From Synechococcus sp. (GTDB lineage Bacteria; Cyanobacteriota; Cyanobacteriia; PCC-6307; Cyanobiaceae): DNA of 64,000 nt. The stretch spans positions 448,001-512,000 of the forward strand of contig JBJBCN010000003.1 of assembly GCA_047285805.1 (NCBI GenBank), in the 5' to 3' direction. Under the pieces are notes generated by a model. It searched no databases, was not told the origin of the DNA, and saw only the letters and a list, made by a program, of their open reading frames with translations. Shown here in pieces: positions 43,715 to 54,899 of the stretch; position 1 is the first letter of the stretch, and each line of letters opens with the position of its first letter. The position numbers were made by a program, and so were the translations under genes.

Positions 43715-44297
43715 TGTGCGATTTAACCCAACGTTCAATTGACTTTATCATTGATTCTGCGACCTTTACTGCGTTGCTCTCTGCATTGAACTCAAGCTCC
43801 CAGTTTGGATGCTTGGGTTCATCTACAGGCAGGTCCAATCCTGCAACATTGGATAATTCACCAGATCGGAAGCGTTTGTATATGTCTTTGGGATCCCTCT
43901 CTTCTAGTTTCTGGAGCGGGACCTTTAGGTACGCCTCGAAATAATTTGCAATATTCTCCCTGTTCCATGAATATACTTCTTCGAACATAGATATAGTCGC
44001 TATTATCACAACGACTCCTTGGGAGGCTAGGAGCCTGCACAGCCGCGAATAGCTTCTCGCTAGCGACAATCTCTCTGATCGCATGTGTGCATCGCCTGTG
44101 TCTGTTGATCCAAAGACCTCTCTGAGCTCGTCGCCATCGAGGCGCACCACGCATTTCCCTAGTCCAATGTAGTGATCGGCTACTAGCTTTGCCGTTGTTG
44201 ACTTTCCAGCACCTGATAATCCTGTTATCCAAATCACGAGGCCTTCCTCCTTCTCTGAACTCGGACTTGTTTCCTTCTTTGTTTTTAGTGCTTTCAT
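43698..44297 (-). CDS. APS-kinase-like protein (Cj1415-like cytidine diphosphoramidate kinase)
   Basis: IWITGLSGAGKST, LDGDELR, ATISMF, RDPKDIY and VAGLD. Confidence 0.85.
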   Translation of the reverse strand: MKALKTKKETSPSSEKEEGLVIWITGLSGAGKSTTAKLVADHYIGLGKCVVRLDGDELREVFGSTDTGDAHMRSERLSLARSYSRLCRLLASQGVVVIIATISMFEEVYSWNRENIANYFEAYLKVPLQKLEERDPKDIYKRFRSGELSNVAGLDLPVDEPKHPNWELEFNAESNAVKVAESMIKSIERWVKSHNAKAC

Positions 44298-45364
44298 GCT
44301 GTGGTTTGCCCAGGTTTTCCTGCTGTCGAATAGCTGATTGGCGCATACTAACGTCTAGCGGTGTCAAGTTAACTTTCAATCTTGGTTTGTCGCCATCTTT
44401 ATTCTTCTCTGACCCAGTGGGTGTGTTGCATAGTTGCTGTGCTTGTCGTTACTAGCATTCAAGGTTATGAGTATGTTTTACTTGGGCTTTCTCATTGATC
44501 GTGATATTAGCGTGTCTATGTGCTTAAGCCCTTTTGAGCTTTGCCTCTACGCCTTTATCCGTATTGACGCTCTTTGAACATATGACTTTCGCTTTCGAGC
44601 AAAGTATGTCGTCAAGAGTTCTTGTGTTTATCTCCGTCTGTCTCCATGAGCATGCAAATAGTTCCTGATGTTTTTACCTCAACTTCCAGGCTGAGCAGAC
44701 TTTGTCACTGATTGAGCGACTTGCCTTGACTCCTTGGTTGATTTAGTGCCTTGTTGTGTGATCTGTGTTTGTTGTCGCAAGTGTCTAGGCTAAAAGCATC
44801 GGAACTTCTGTTTCTTGACCAACAGCATTGTATAGACACGGAGAGCTTTGGCTTGAGCGATGTTGGTGCTTAGTCAGTGTGTGACTATCCCCTGCGCCGC
44901 ATTAGTTGCTTTGCTGCCTCAATCTCTTCATTCCCAGTCGCAAGGTGGAGCTGATGTATTATTTATGCAATCGCCCTTGTTAGAAGTCTTCCCTAGTATT
45001 TCTGCGGCCATCCGTTCAGCATTTGCATCCTGCGAGATCGCTTCTCACTCTTTGCTTAAGCAAGCAGTTTGAACTTACACTAATCCTGGTTGGGCTTGTG
45101 GGCGTCACCACAAAGCACTTCCTGCTGATATCTACAAGTAGTCCGAGTCACTATGTGTGGCCGCAAGTACTGATGCATGCAGATCAAGATCACGGTGCGG
45201 GATCTTGAAGGATTCTAGTAAGTTCTGGCTGAGCAGCAGCGCAACAGACCATTGCAGCCGCTTAAGCTCAAACACCTCTTTCAGCTAAACATTCTGGGCA
45301 TTAGGCCGGCTCTTTTAGTGCCGGCCTACCAATGTTGTCTGACACAGGAGCGGTTGAATTGCTC

Positions 45365-45391
45365 AAAAAAAGCCCCGCCATTGGCGGGGCT
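45365..45391 (-). terminator. Intrinsic terminator of tkt
   Basis: Hairpin agccccgcca-t-tggcggggct with an A7 run on the plus strand (U-tract on minus). Confidence 0.85.
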
Positions 45392-45420
45392 AGAGGATAC
45401 CAACGCTTTGATCTAGTAGA

Positions 45421-47424
45421 TCAGTCCAGAGCTTTCGCTTTGGCAACCACGTTCTCGACGGTGAATCCGAACTTCTCCATGAGGAGAGGACCAGGAGCGG
45501 AAGCTCCGAAGCGATCGATGGAGACGGTGTCGCCTTCGAATCCGGTGAACTTGTGCCAGCCGAAGCTGCTGGAGGCTTCGACCACCAGGCGTTTGCGGCA
45601 GGAGGTTGGCAGCACGCTCTCGCGGTAGGCGGTGTCCTGCTCTTCGAACAGATCCACGCAGGGCATAGAAACGACGCGGACGTTCTTGCCTTCGGCGCGC
45701 AGCTGGGCAGCAGCCTTAACGCAGAGGTCGAGCTCGGTACCGGTGCCGATCAGGATCAGTTCAGGGGTGCCGTTGCTGTCCTCAAGGATGTAACCACCCT
45801 TGGCGACGTGGTCAGCGTTTGAGTTGGCCTGGTTGGCCATCGCCTGACGGCTAAGGAACATCACGGTCGGGCGGTTACGGTTTGCCACGGCAACCTTGTA
45901 GGCACCGCTGGTTTCGTTGCCGTCACCAGGGCGGATCACCAGCATGTTCGGGATCGAACGCAGGCTGGCAAGGGTCTCGATCGGCTGGTGGGTGGGGCCG
46001 TCTTCACCCAGACCGATCGAGTCGTGGGTCAGGACATAGATCACGCCCAGTTCACTCAGGGCGGACAGGCGCATCGCGCCCATCATGTAGCCAGCAAAGA
46101 CGCAGAAGGTGCCTCCGTAGGGGACTAGGCCGCTGCCGTGATAGGCGAGGCCGTTCAGGATGGCTCCCATGGCGTGCTCTCGCACACCGAAGTGCAGGTA
46201 GCGGTTGCTCTCGGCACCCTTCTGGAAGCCAGACTCACCCTTGATGTCGGTGAGGTTGGAGTGGGTCAGGTCTGCGGAGCCACCGATCAGCTCGGGCAGG
46301 TTGGGGCCGATTGCATTCAGGCAGTTGTAGGAATGCATGCGGGTCGCCACACCCTTGTCGTCAGGGGTGTAGCTGGGCAGATTGGAGTCCCATCCCTGGG
46401 GCAGCTCACCACGCAGCTGACGCTCGAACTGAGCGGCTTCAGTGGGGTACTTGCTGCGGTAGTCAGCCAGGGTGGCGTTCCATTCGGCTTCAGCGGTTGC
46501 ACCACGCTCGATGGCCTTACGCCACTGCTCGTAGGACTCCTGGGGAACTTCGAATTCGCCGTAGTTCCAACCCAGGTTCTGGCGGGTCGCGACGGCTTCC
46601 TCAGCACCGAGAGCGGCACCGTGTACACCAGCGGTGTTGGCCTTGTTGGGGGAGCCGTAGCCGATGGTGGTGGTTACCTTAATCATCGAGGGACGATCGG
46701 TGACGGCCTTGGCTTCTTCAATGGCCTTGGCAATCGCACCCAGGTCGGTGTTGCCGTCGGTGACGTGGATGGTGTGCCAGCCGTAGGCCTCGTAGCGCTT
46801 CAGCACATCCTCGGTGAAGGAAACGTTGGTGTTTCCGTCGATGGTGATGTGGTTGTCGTCGTATAGGGCGATCAGCTTGCCCAGGCCCAGGTGACCGGCC
46901 AGCGAAGCGGCTTCACCGCTGACACCTTCCTGGTGGCAACCGTCGCCCATGATCACGTAGGTGGTGTGATCAACCAGCGTGCAATCGGGCTTGTTGAACT
47001 TGGCCGCCAGGTGTGCCTCGGCCATGGCCAGGCCGACAGCGTTGGCGATGCCCTGACCTAGAGGACCGGTGGTCACTTCGACGCCGGCGGTCTCGAAGGT
47101 TTCGGGGTGACCCGGGGTCTTGGAGCCCCACTGGCGGAATTGCTTGATGTCCTCGATCGTGACCGAGTCGTACCCGCTCAGGTGCAGCAGCGCGTACAGC
47201 AGCATGCAGCCGTGGCCGGCGGACAGCACGAAGCGGTCACGATTGAACCACTTGGGGTTCTTCGGATTGTGCTTGAGGAACTTGTCCCACAGGGTGTAGG
47301 CCATGGGAGCGCAACCCATGGGCAGGCCGGGGTGACCGGAGTTGCTCTTGTTGATCGCGTCGACGGCCAGGAAGCGAATGCTGTTGACGCAAAGCGTGTC
47401 GACGGAAGCGGGAGCGACGACCAT
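45421..47424 (-). CDS. tkt: Transketolase
   Basis: [36 protein letters not shown] and [16 protein letters not shown]. Confidence 0.98.
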   Translation of the reverse strand: MVVAPASVDTLCVNSIRFLAVDAINKSNSGHPGLPMGCAPMAYTLWDKFLKHNPKNPKWFNRDRFVLSAGHGCMLLYALLHLSGYDSVTIEDIKQFRQWGSKTPGHPETFETAGVEVTTGPLGQGIANAVGLAMAEAHLAAKFNKPDCTLVDHTTYVIMGDGCHQEGVSGEAASLAGHLGLGKLIALYDDNHITIDGNTNVSFTEDVLKRYEAYGWHTIHVTDGNTDLGAIAKAIEEAKAVTDRPSMIKVTTTIGYGSPNKANTAGVHGAALGAEEAVATRQNLGWNYGEFEVPQESYEQWRKAIERGATAEAEWNATLADYRSKYPTEAAQFERQLRGELPQGWDSNLPSYTPDDKGVATRMHSYNCLNAIGPNLPELIGGSADLTHSNLTDIKGESGFQKGAESNRYLHFGVREHAMGAILNGLAYHGSGLVPYGGTFCVFAGYMMGAMRLSALSELGVIYVLTHDSIGLGEDGPTHQPIETLASLRSIPNMLVIRPGDGNETSGAYKVAVANRNRPTVMFLSRQAMANQANSNADHVAKGGYILEDSNGTPELILIGTGTELDLCVKAAAQLRAEGKNVRVVSMPCVDLFEEQDTAYRESVLPTSCRKRLVVEASSSFGWHKFTGFEGDTVSIDRFGASAPGPLLMEKFGFTVENVVAKAKALD

Positions 47425-47468
47425 GGGTTACGGGTAAGGGAATGGTGTACGGGCGGGCAGACCGCGGG

Positions 47469-48716
47469 TTAGTGGAACCGGCGGAATGCCAGGCAAACGT
47501 TGTGTCCGCCGAACCCAAAGGAATTCGAGAGCACCACGTTCAGTTTGTGTTCCCGAGCCTGATTGGGAACGACATCCAGATCACAGGCAGGATCCGGATT
47601 TTGGTAATTGATCGTAGGCGGGACCAGATTGTGGCCAATCGCCAGGACCCCAGCAACGGCTTCAATGCCTCCGCTGCCGCCCAACAGATGTCCTGTCATC
47701 GACTTGGTCGAGCTCACAGGAATCTGTTTGGCCCGCTCCCCAAGGGAGGACTTGATGGCGGAGGACTCGTTGGAGTCGTTCGCCGGGGTGCTGGTGCCGT
47801 GGGCGTTGACGTAATCGACCGCTTCCGCCTCGATGCGCGCGTCCTGCAGGGCAAGGCGCATTGCATCAGCGCCGCCCACGCCGCCTGGGGTGGGGGAGGT
47901 GATGTGGTGGGCGTCGCAGGTCATGCCATAGCCCACAACCTCCGCGAGGATCGCGGCGCCGCGGGCCTTGGCGTGGTCCAGGCTTTCGAGGACGAGCACA
48001 CCGGCACCCTCGCCGATGACAAAGCCATCCCGTTCCGCGTCGAAGGGGCGACTCGCTGTCGTCGGATCATCGTTGCGGAAGGACAGTGCCTTGGCGCTGG
48101 CGAAGCCGGCGACGCCTAGTGGGGTGATGGCTGATTCGGCGCCACCGCAAACCATGGCGTCGGCTTGACCCAGCTGGATCAGGCGAAAGGCATCACCGAT
48201 GGCGTTGGAGCCTGCGGCACAGGCCGTTGCCACGGTGCTGCTCGGGCCCTTCGCGCCGATGGCGATCGCCGTCAGGCCGGTGGCCATGTTCGGAATCATC
48301 ATCGGCACCGTGAAAGGGCTGACCCGTGAAGGGCCCTTGCCTTCGAGCACGTGGGCCTGGGTCTCCATCATCAGCAGGCCGCCCACGCCCGAACCGATGG
48401 CGGTTCCAATGCGGTGTGCGTTGCTGTCATCAATGGTCAAACCGGCTTGGGCAATGGCCTGCTTGGCGGCAACGACGCCGAACTGACAGAACCGATCCCA
48501 GCGCTTGCTTTCTTTGGGCTCGATGTAGGCGGAGGGATCGAAATCCTTCACCTCAGCCGCAAAACGGCAGGCATGGGCAGATGCATCGAACAGGGTGATC
48601 GGTGCCACCCCGTTGCGACCACTGCTTAGTCCTTCCCAATAGGAAGTGACGTCATTCCCAATCGGTGTGACCGCGCCAAGGCCGGTGACGACGACGCGGC
48701 AGAGACCCTCCACCAT
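47469..48716 (-). CDS. fabF: Beta-ketoacyl-ACP synthase II
   Basis: RVVVTGLG, TACAAG, NAHGTST, KSMTGHLLG and NSFGFGGHN. Confidence 0.97.
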   Translation of the reverse strand: MVEGLCRVVVTGLGAVTPIGNDVTSYWEGLSSGRNGVAPITLFDASAHACRFAAEVKDFDPSAYIEPKESKRWDRFCQFGVVAAKQAIAQAGLTIDDSNAHRIGTAIGSGVGGLLMMETQAHVLEGKGPSRVSPFTVPMMIPNMATGLTAIAIGAKGPSSTVATACAAGSNAIGDAFRLIQLGQADAMVCGGAESAITPLGVAGFASAKALSFRNDDPTTASRPFDAERDGFVIGEGAGVLVLESLDHAKARGAAILAEVVGYGMTCDAHHITSPTPGGVGGADAMRLALQDARIEAEAVDYVNAHGTSTPANDSNESSAIKSSLGERAKQIPVSSTKSMTGHLLGGSGGIEAVAGVLAIGHNLVPPTINYQNPDPACDLDVVPNQAREHKLNVVLSNSFGFGGHNVCLAFRRFH

Positions 48717-48727
48717 CAATTCCTTCC

Positions 48728-48970
48728 TCAGGCCTGCTTGTCCTGGATGTACTTGACGGCGTCGCCCACGGTGGCGATGCCTTCAGCGGCCTCGTCAGGG
48801 ATCTCGATATCGAAGGCCTCTTCCAGGGCCATAACGAGTTCAACGGTGTCGAGGGAGTCAGCGCCCAGATCGTTCTGGAAGTTGGATTCAGGCTTGACCT
48901 CGCCGGCATCAACGCTCAGCTGCTCAACAACGATCGAGCGGACTTTCTCGAAGATCGCTTCCTGGGACAT
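48728..48970 (-). CDS. acpP: Acyl carrier protein
   Basis: [20 protein letters not shown]. Confidence 0.98.
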   Translation of the reverse strand: MSQEAIFEKVRSIVVEQLSVDAGEVKPESNFQNDLGADSLDTVELVMALEEAFDIEIPDEAAEGIATVGDAVKYIQDKQA

Positions 48971-49037
48971 GGCCGGAGTGACGGACGCCGCATCCTACGG
49001 GTATGTGTGCCAGGCGGCCCCGTATGAACAAGGGTGA

Positions 49038-49352
<315 letters not shown>

Positions 49353-49372
49353 GCCCGCCTCCCATAAGCTCG

Positions 49373-49397
49373 AGCCCGGCCCAGCCGGGCTTTTTTA
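49373..49397 (+). terminator. Intrinsic terminator after psaC
   Basis: agcccggc-cca-gccgggc followed by T6. Confidence 0.85.
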
Positions 49398-49412
49398 TTG
49401 GTTCCAGACGCT

Positions 49413-51305
49413 ATGTGCGGCATCGTTGCGGTGATTGGTTCGCGCGAAGCGGCACCGCTCCTGTTGGAGGGTCTGCGTCAGCTCGAATACCGGGGCTACG
49501 ACTCCGCCGGCATTGCCACAGTCACTTCGGAGTCTGGGTTGACTTGTCTGCGTGCTGAGGGCAAGCTCGCGAACCTCACCGCCCGTTTTGATGGCCAAGG
49601 GGCCCAAGGGCAATGCGGCATCGGTCACACCCGCTGGGCGACCCACGGCAAGCCGGAGGAGCGCAACGCCCACCCGCATCTCGACGGTCCAGGCCGCCTT
49701 GCGGTGGTGCAGAACGGGATAATCGAGAACTACCGAAGCTTGCGTGAAGAGCTCAATGCCAATGGGGTTGTCTTCCGCTCGGACACCGACACTGAGGTCA
49801 TTCCCCATCTGTTGAGCCAGGAGCTCGATGGCCTGGAGGCATCTGGCCAGACCCCTTCTCCGCAGCTCTTGCTTGCGGCAGTGCAAGCCGTGTTGCCTCG
49901 CCTTCATGGGGCCTATGCCCTCGCTGTGGTTTGGGCGGCCCTTCCTGGGGCGCTGGTGGTGGCTCGCAAGGCGGCGCCCCTACTGATTGGCCTTGGGGAA
50001 GGGGAATTCCTATGTGCCAGCGACACCCCCGCCCTGGCCGGCTTCACCCGCACCATCTTGCCGATGGAAGACGGGGAAGTGGCCCTCCTGACCCCCTTGG
50101 GGATTGAGCTCTATGACGAAGCCAGAGAGCGGGTTCAGCGGGCGCCGACGCTTCTGAGTGGGAGTGACCATGTGGCGGACAAGCGCAGCTTCCGTCACTT
50201 CATGCTCAAGGAAATCCATGAGCAGCCCGAGACCGCCGCGCTGTGGGTCGCGCGCCATCTGCCGGAGGCTTCAGCGCGGGTGGCTCTGCCCCTGGATGAG
50301 AGCGTCTTCGAAGGAATCGAACGCATCCAAGTCCTCGCCTGTGGCACCAGCCGCCACGCCGCCCTGGTGGGGGCCTATCTCCTGGAGCAGCTGGCCGGAA
50401 TCCCCACCAGCGTCTTCTATGCCAGCGAATTCCGCTACGCCCCGCCCCCGCTCGCGCCGAACACTCTCACCATCGGTGTGACTCAGTCGGGCGAAACCGC
50501 CGACACCCTGGCGGCCCTGGCGATGGAGCAGGAAAGGCGCCGTGCCGTCGTCGATCCGGCATATGCACCTCGCCTGCTCGGAATCACCAACCGCCCGGAA
50601 AGCTCCCTGGGCCGGATGGTCGATCAAATTCTCGACATCGGCGCCGGCATTGAGGTGGGTGTGGCGGCCACCAAGACTTTTCTCGGTCAGCTCTTGGCCT
50701 TCTACGGAGTGGCCATTGCTTTTGCCGAGCGCCGCTCAGGCCGGCCTGGAGTGCTGGGCGCGGATGCCGCGCAAAAGCTGATCGCTGGTCTGCGGGAGCT
50801 ACCCCAGCAGCTGCGCAGCTTGGTCGATGACCACGACAGCCGCTGCGAGCAGATGGCCCATCTGTTCGCGGACACCCAGGACATGATTTTCCTGGGACGG
50901 GGAATCAACTACCCGATCGCCCTCGAGGGAGCCCTGAAGCTCAAGGAAATCAGCTACATCCATGCCGAGGGTTATCCCGCCGGTGAGATGAAGCACGGCC
51001 CGATTGCCCTTTTGGATGCTCGGGTGCCAGTCGTCTCGATCGCCGTGCCGGGGACTGTCTTCGAAAAGGTGCTCAGCAATGCCCAGGAGGCCAAGGCCAG
51101 GGATGCCCAGTTGGTGGGGGTTGCCCCGAACTGTCCCGATGCTGAGCTCTTCGACACCCTGCTGCCCGTGCCGGAGGTCGACGAGCTGCTGAGCCCGCTG
51201 CTGACAGTCCTGCCGATGCAACTGCTCAGCTATCACATCGCAGCCCACCGTGGGCTGGATGTCGATCAGCCCCGCAACCTCGCCAAGAGCGTGACGGTGG
51301 AGTAG
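49413..51305 (+). CDS. glmS: Glutamine--fructose-6-phosphate transaminase
   Basis: MCGIV, LEYRGYDSAG, GHTRWATHG, SQ/TQSGETADT and DQPRNLAKSVTVE. Confidence 0.98.
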   Translation: MCGIVAVIGSREAAPLLLEGLRQLEYRGYDSAGIATVTSESGLTCLRAEGKLANLTARFDGQGAQGQCGIGHTRWATHGKPEERNAHPHLDGPGRLAVVQNGIIENYRSLREELNANGVVFRSDTDTEVIPHLLSQELDGLEASGQTPSPQLLLAAVQAVLPRLHGAYALAVVWAALPGALVVARKAAPLLIGLGEGEFLCASDTPALAGFTRTILPMEDGEVALLTPLGIELYDEARERVQRAPTLLSGSDHVADKRSFRHFMLKEIHEQPETAALWVARHLPEASARVALPLDESVFEGIERIQVLACGTSRHAALVGAYLLEQLAGIPTSVFYASEFRYAPPPLAPNTLTIGVTQSGETADTLAALAMEQERRRAVVDPAYAPRLLGITNRPESSLGRMVDQILDIGAGIEVGVAATKTFLGQLLAFYGVAIAFAERRSGRPGVLGADAAQKLIAGLRELPQQLRSLVDDHDSRCEQMAHLFADTQDMIFLGRGINYPIALEGALKLKEISYIHAEGYPAGEMKHGPIALLDARVPVVSIAVPGTVFEKVLSNAQEAKARDAQLVGVAPNCPDAELFDTLLPVPEVDELLSPLLTVLPMQLLSYHIAAHRGLDVDQPRNLAKSVTVE

Positions 51306-51310
51306 CGCCC

Positions 51311-52741
51311 TTAGGCGCTTCGTCCGTAGAGGTCCTCGAAGCGGACGATGTCGTCCTCGCCGAGGTAGGGGCCGCTTTGGACCTCAATCATTTCGACGGG
51401 GATCTTCCCGGGGTTCGAGAGACGGTGCTTGCAGCCTAGGGGGATGTAGGTGCTCTGGTTCTCGCCCACCAACTCCTCGATGCCGTCTTTCTCGACGACG
51501 GCGGTGCCTTGGACCACGATCCAGTGCTCCGCCCGGTGGTGGTGCATCTGCAACGACAGTGACGCACCGGGGTTCACGCTGATCCGCTTCACCTGCCAGC
51601 GGTCGCCTTCCGTGATGCCGTCGTAGGCGCCCCAGGGCCGGTAGATCTTGCGGTGGGCCTTGCTCTCAGGAGCGCCGTTTTGCTCGAGCAGCCCGACAAT
51701 GCTTTTGACGTTTTGGGCCTGATCCCGCTTTGCGACGAGCACCACGTCATTGGTTTCCACCACCACGAGGTCCTCGACGCCCAGGCCCACCACCAAGCGG
51801 TGCTCGCTGCGCAGGTAGCAGTTGCGGCTGTTCTCGCTGATGACCCGGCCCCGCAGTACGTTGCCCTGGTCGTTGTGATCAGCGGTTTCCCAGAGGGCGC
51901 TCCAGCTGCCCACATCGCTCCAACCGGCTTGCAGCGGTAGCACGGCGCCTCGGTCAGTTCGCTCCATCACGGCCACGTCGATGGCGATGTTGGGGCACTG
52001 GGCAAAGGCGTCCTTCTCGAGGCGTTGGAAGTTCAGGTCTGAGCCGCCTTTCGCGAGGGCACTGCGGCAGGCCTGGACCACCTCGGGAGCGAGTCGTTCT
52101 AGTTCCGCCAGGATCACGCTGGCCTTGAACAGGAACATCCCGCTGTTCCAGGTGAAGCGGCCGGTGGCCAGGAAGCCTTCGGCGGTGGCGCGGTCGGGCT
52201 TCTCCACGAATCGGGCGATCGGCGCCGGGGTGTCCGCATCCCCCAGCGGTTGGGCGGCTTCGATGTAGCCGTAGCCGGTCTCGGGCGCGGTAGGGACGAT
52301 CCCGAAGGTCACCAGTTGGCCCGCGTCCGCGGCCTGGACTCCGGCTTGAACCATTCGTCGGAAGTCAGCGCCGTCGCGGATCACGTGGTCGGCAGCGAGG
52401 ATCAGCAGCAGTGGGTCATCTCCCTCGGCCATGGCCTGGAGGGCGGCAATGGCCACTGCCGGCGCGGTGTTGCGGCCCACAGGCTCCAGCAGGATGGCTG
52501 AGGGATCCACGCCGATCTGGCGCATCTGCTCGGCCACAATGAAGCGGTGGTCTTCGTTGCAGATCAGTAGCGGCGGCTGGAGATCAGCAATTCCCTCCAG
52601 ACGTTGCTGGGTTTGCTGCAGCAGAGTCTCTTCGCCTTGGCCCGCGAGGGCCCAGTACTGCTTGGGGTAACTCGCCCTGGATAGGGGCCAGAGGCGGGTT
52701 CCAGTCCCACCGCAAAGAATGACTGGAACCAGGGCCGCCAT
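51311..52741 (-). CDS. manC: Mannose-1-phosphate guanylyltransferase/mannose-6-phosphate isomerase
   Basis: GGTGTRLWPLSR, EPVGRNTAPA, FVEKP, WSDVGSW and LSLQMHHHRAEHW. Confidence 0.96.
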   Translation of the reverse strand: MAALVPVILCGGTGTRLWPLSRASYPKQYWALAGQGEETLLQQTQQRLEGIADLQPPLLICNEDHRFIVAEQMRQIGVDPSAILLEPVGRNTAPAVAIAALQAMAEGDDPLLLILAADHVIRDGADFRRMVQAGVQAADAGQLVTFGIVPTAPETGYGYIEAAQPLGDADTPAPIARFVEKPDRATAEGFLATGRFTWNSGMFLFKASVILAELERLAPEVVQACRSALAKGGSDLNFQRLEKDAFAQCPNIAIDVAVMERTDRGAVLPLQAGWSDVGSWSALWETADHNDQGNVLRGRVISENSRNCYLRSEHRLVVGLGVEDLVVVETNDVVLVAKRDQAQNVKSIVGLLEQNGAPESKAHRKIYRPWGAYDGITEGDRWQVKRISVNPGASLSLQMHHHRAEHWIVVQGTAVVEKDGIEELVGENQSTYIPLGCKHRLSNPGKIPVEMIEVQSGPYLGEDDIVRFEDLYGRSA

Positions 52742-52810
52742 GGAGTGCACTCCTCTTGCGTACCATTTCAAACCAAGCCCGGTCGCTTTGCCTTCGGTCG
52801 TGGTGCTGGT

Positions 52811-53392
52811 TTAGCTCTGTCCTTGCTCGACCTTGGTTTCGGCGAGCTCCAGCAAGCCCGGCGGCGGGGTGATGCCGATCCAGCCCTCCTGGAGCTCCAC
52901 CCTCGGAACAATCGATTCGACAAAGGGGATCCAGAGGGTCTGCTTTTTGCCGTCGAGTTGCACTTCCAGTAGGTCGTTGCCGGCATGGAGCAGGTCTTGC
53001 ACGTGGCCGATGGGGGTGCCGCTCTCAAGCAGCCTGACCTCCAGGCCCACCAGATCCAGGAGATGGAACTCGCCCTTCGCCAGTTGTGGCCGTTCATCGC
53101 TGGGGACCAACAGCTCATGGCCGACGCAGGCTTCAGCACGGCTGCGGTCGTTGATGCCCTCGAGCCGAATCGCAAACAGCTCTTTCCCGGGCAGTCGCCT
53201 GCCGGAGACCAGCTGAATGACTTTGGGCTCTGCTGCGGGCCCGCTCTTTTGGGCTGGAGGGCGCAGCCAGCGGGGACCGGCCTTGGTGAAACGTTCGGGG
53301 AAATCGCTGAGGGGATTTACGCGGAGTTCGCCGCGCAGGCCTTGGGCGGCAACGATCTTTCCGACCACCAGCAGCTCGGGTTGTTGCTCCAT
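52811..53392 (-). CDS. rimM: Ribosome maturation factor RimM
   Basis: [29 protein letters not shown] and IPFV. Confidence 0.95.
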   Translation of the reverse strand: MEQQPELLVVGKIVAAQGLRGELRVNPLSDFPERFTKAGPRWLRPPAQKSGPAAEPKVIQLVSGRRLPGKELFAIRLEGINDRSRAEACVGHELLVPSDERPQLAKGEFHLLDLVGLEVRLLESGTPIGHVQDLLHAGNDLLEVQLDGKKQTLWIPFVESIVPRVELQEGWIGITPPPGLLELAETKVEQGQS

Positions 53393-53446
53393 TAGCCCAA
53401 GGGCCACACCTCAGCCTCGATAATGATCGGACGACTGGGCCTTCCT

Positions 53447-53629
53447 ATGGCTGATTCCCTGCCGATACTGCCTGGCTCCACCGTGGTCGTACGCGATGGC
53501 CGCTCCATCTACAACGGCTACCAGGGCTTCGTGCAGCGCATCAGCGGCAGTAACGCGGCCGTGCTGTTTGAAGGCGGCAACTGGGACAAGCTCGTCACCA
53601 TGCCCCTCAAGATCCTCGAGCAGGCCTGA
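53447..53629 (+). CDS. ndhS: NDH-1 subunit NdhS
   Basis: ILPGSTVVV..SIYNGYQGFVQRIS..AAVLFEGGNWDKLVT. Confidence 0.95.
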   Translation: MADSLPILPGSTVVVRDGRSIYNGYQGFVQRISGSNAAVLFEGGNWDKLVTMPLKILEQA

Positions 53630-54317
53630 TCTGCTTCATGGCGGAGCGGGCGGCCTCCTGTTCGGCCTGCCGGCGGGACCTGCCCCAGCCTTCGCCAAGG
53701 ACCTTCTCCCCCAGATTCACTCGGCAGTGGAAGCGCCGGGGATCGGCGTGGATCTGATTGATCTCCTGGCAGCGGTAATCGGGCAGTCCGCGTTTTTGGC
53801 CCTGGCTCCACTCCTGCAGGGCTGATTTCCAGTTGTGCAGATGGGGGTCGGCTTCAAAAGCCTTGGCGGTGGTTTGCCAGTGGGGGGTCAGCCAGCGAAG
53901 CACGGGCGTCAGGTCCCCCCAGAGCCGGTAGAGCGCCCCAATGCAGGCTTCACAGGCTTCCGCTCTGAGAGTGCCCCGGGCGCTGGAATCTCCTGCGGCC
54001 ATTGGCCCAATGCGCAAGAAGGCCTCGATGCCGATCGTTTGGCCGAGTTCGCCGAGCCAGCGGTCACTGACCAGTTGGGCCCGCAGTGCGGAGCTCTGCC
54101 CCACGCTCAAGTTGGGGTAGTGCTGCTCCAAAAATTCCGAGGCCGCCAGCCGCAGGACGGCATCCCCCAGAAATTCCAGTTTTTCGTGGTTAGTGCTGAG
54201 TCCCGCTGAGGTGTGGGTCAGGGCCTCATCCAGCAGCTGGAGGTCCATCCCGGCTAGGGGGGGCAGCCCCAGGCTTTCCAGGAACTGAAGCAGTTGGGCG
54301 TGGCGCTCAGCGTTCAT
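53607..54317 (-). CDS. rnc: Ribonuclease III
   Basis: ALTHTS, EKLEFLGDAVL, and dsRBD (WKSALQEWSQ..AEQEAA). Confidence 0.95.
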   Translation of the reverse strand: MNAERHAQLLQFLESLGLPPLAGMDLQLLDEALTHTSAGLSTNHEKLEFLGDAVLRLAASEFLEQHYPNLSVGQSSALRAQLVSDRWLGELGQTIGIEAFLRIGPMAAGDSSARGTLRAEACEACIGALYRLWGDLTPVLRWLTPHWQTTAKAFEADPHLHNWKSALQEWSQGQKRGLPDYRCQEINQIHADPRRFHCRVNLGEKVLGEGWGRSRRQAEQEAARSAMKQIRPARGS

Positions 54318-54323
54318 TGGGGT

Positions 54324-54717
54324 GAAAGCAGGACGTAAGCCGGGTTCTGTTCTCCTCTCCGAAGAAAGGGGGCGATCATCTGTCTGGGACCACCGTTACC
54401 GGTGGCCTCAAGCGGCGCAAGAAAAGCGGAACGGGTGTCATGGCCAACCGTTGTTCCTAGGCCTTGCTCCCAGCCGGGGTTTACCGAGCCAGCACCTCTC
54501 GATGCTGCTGGTGCGCTCTTACCGCACCTTTGCACCCTTACCTGATCCCCGAGGGGCCATCGGCGGTGTGTTTCTGTGGCACTCTCCTCACGGTCACCCG
54601 CACTGGGCGTTACCCAGCAAGCCTGGCCATTGGGGAGCCCGGACTTTCCTCAACCGGTCCGTTCCACCAGCCCGAGGGCTTGGGCGTCTCCCGGTCGCGA
54701 TCACCTCGCCTGCTTTC
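54324..54717 (-). ncRNA. rnpB: RNase P RNA (type A)
   Basis: Minus strand has GAGGAAAGTCCGGGC, AGTGCCACAGAAA, GGTAAACCCC and AGAACCCGGCTTA; P1 pairs GAAAGCAGG with CCTGCTTTC. Confidence 0.97.
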
Positions 54718-54739
54718 AAACCCCATAATGGCGACTTGG

Positions 54740-54813
<74 letters not shown>

Positions 54814-54899
54814 TTCTCGATTCCCACAGGGGTATCCACCGCTACCAGTAGTGGCGTGCTGGACGTTGCCACTGCCGCTAGCGTGTATTCAATCGCCAC

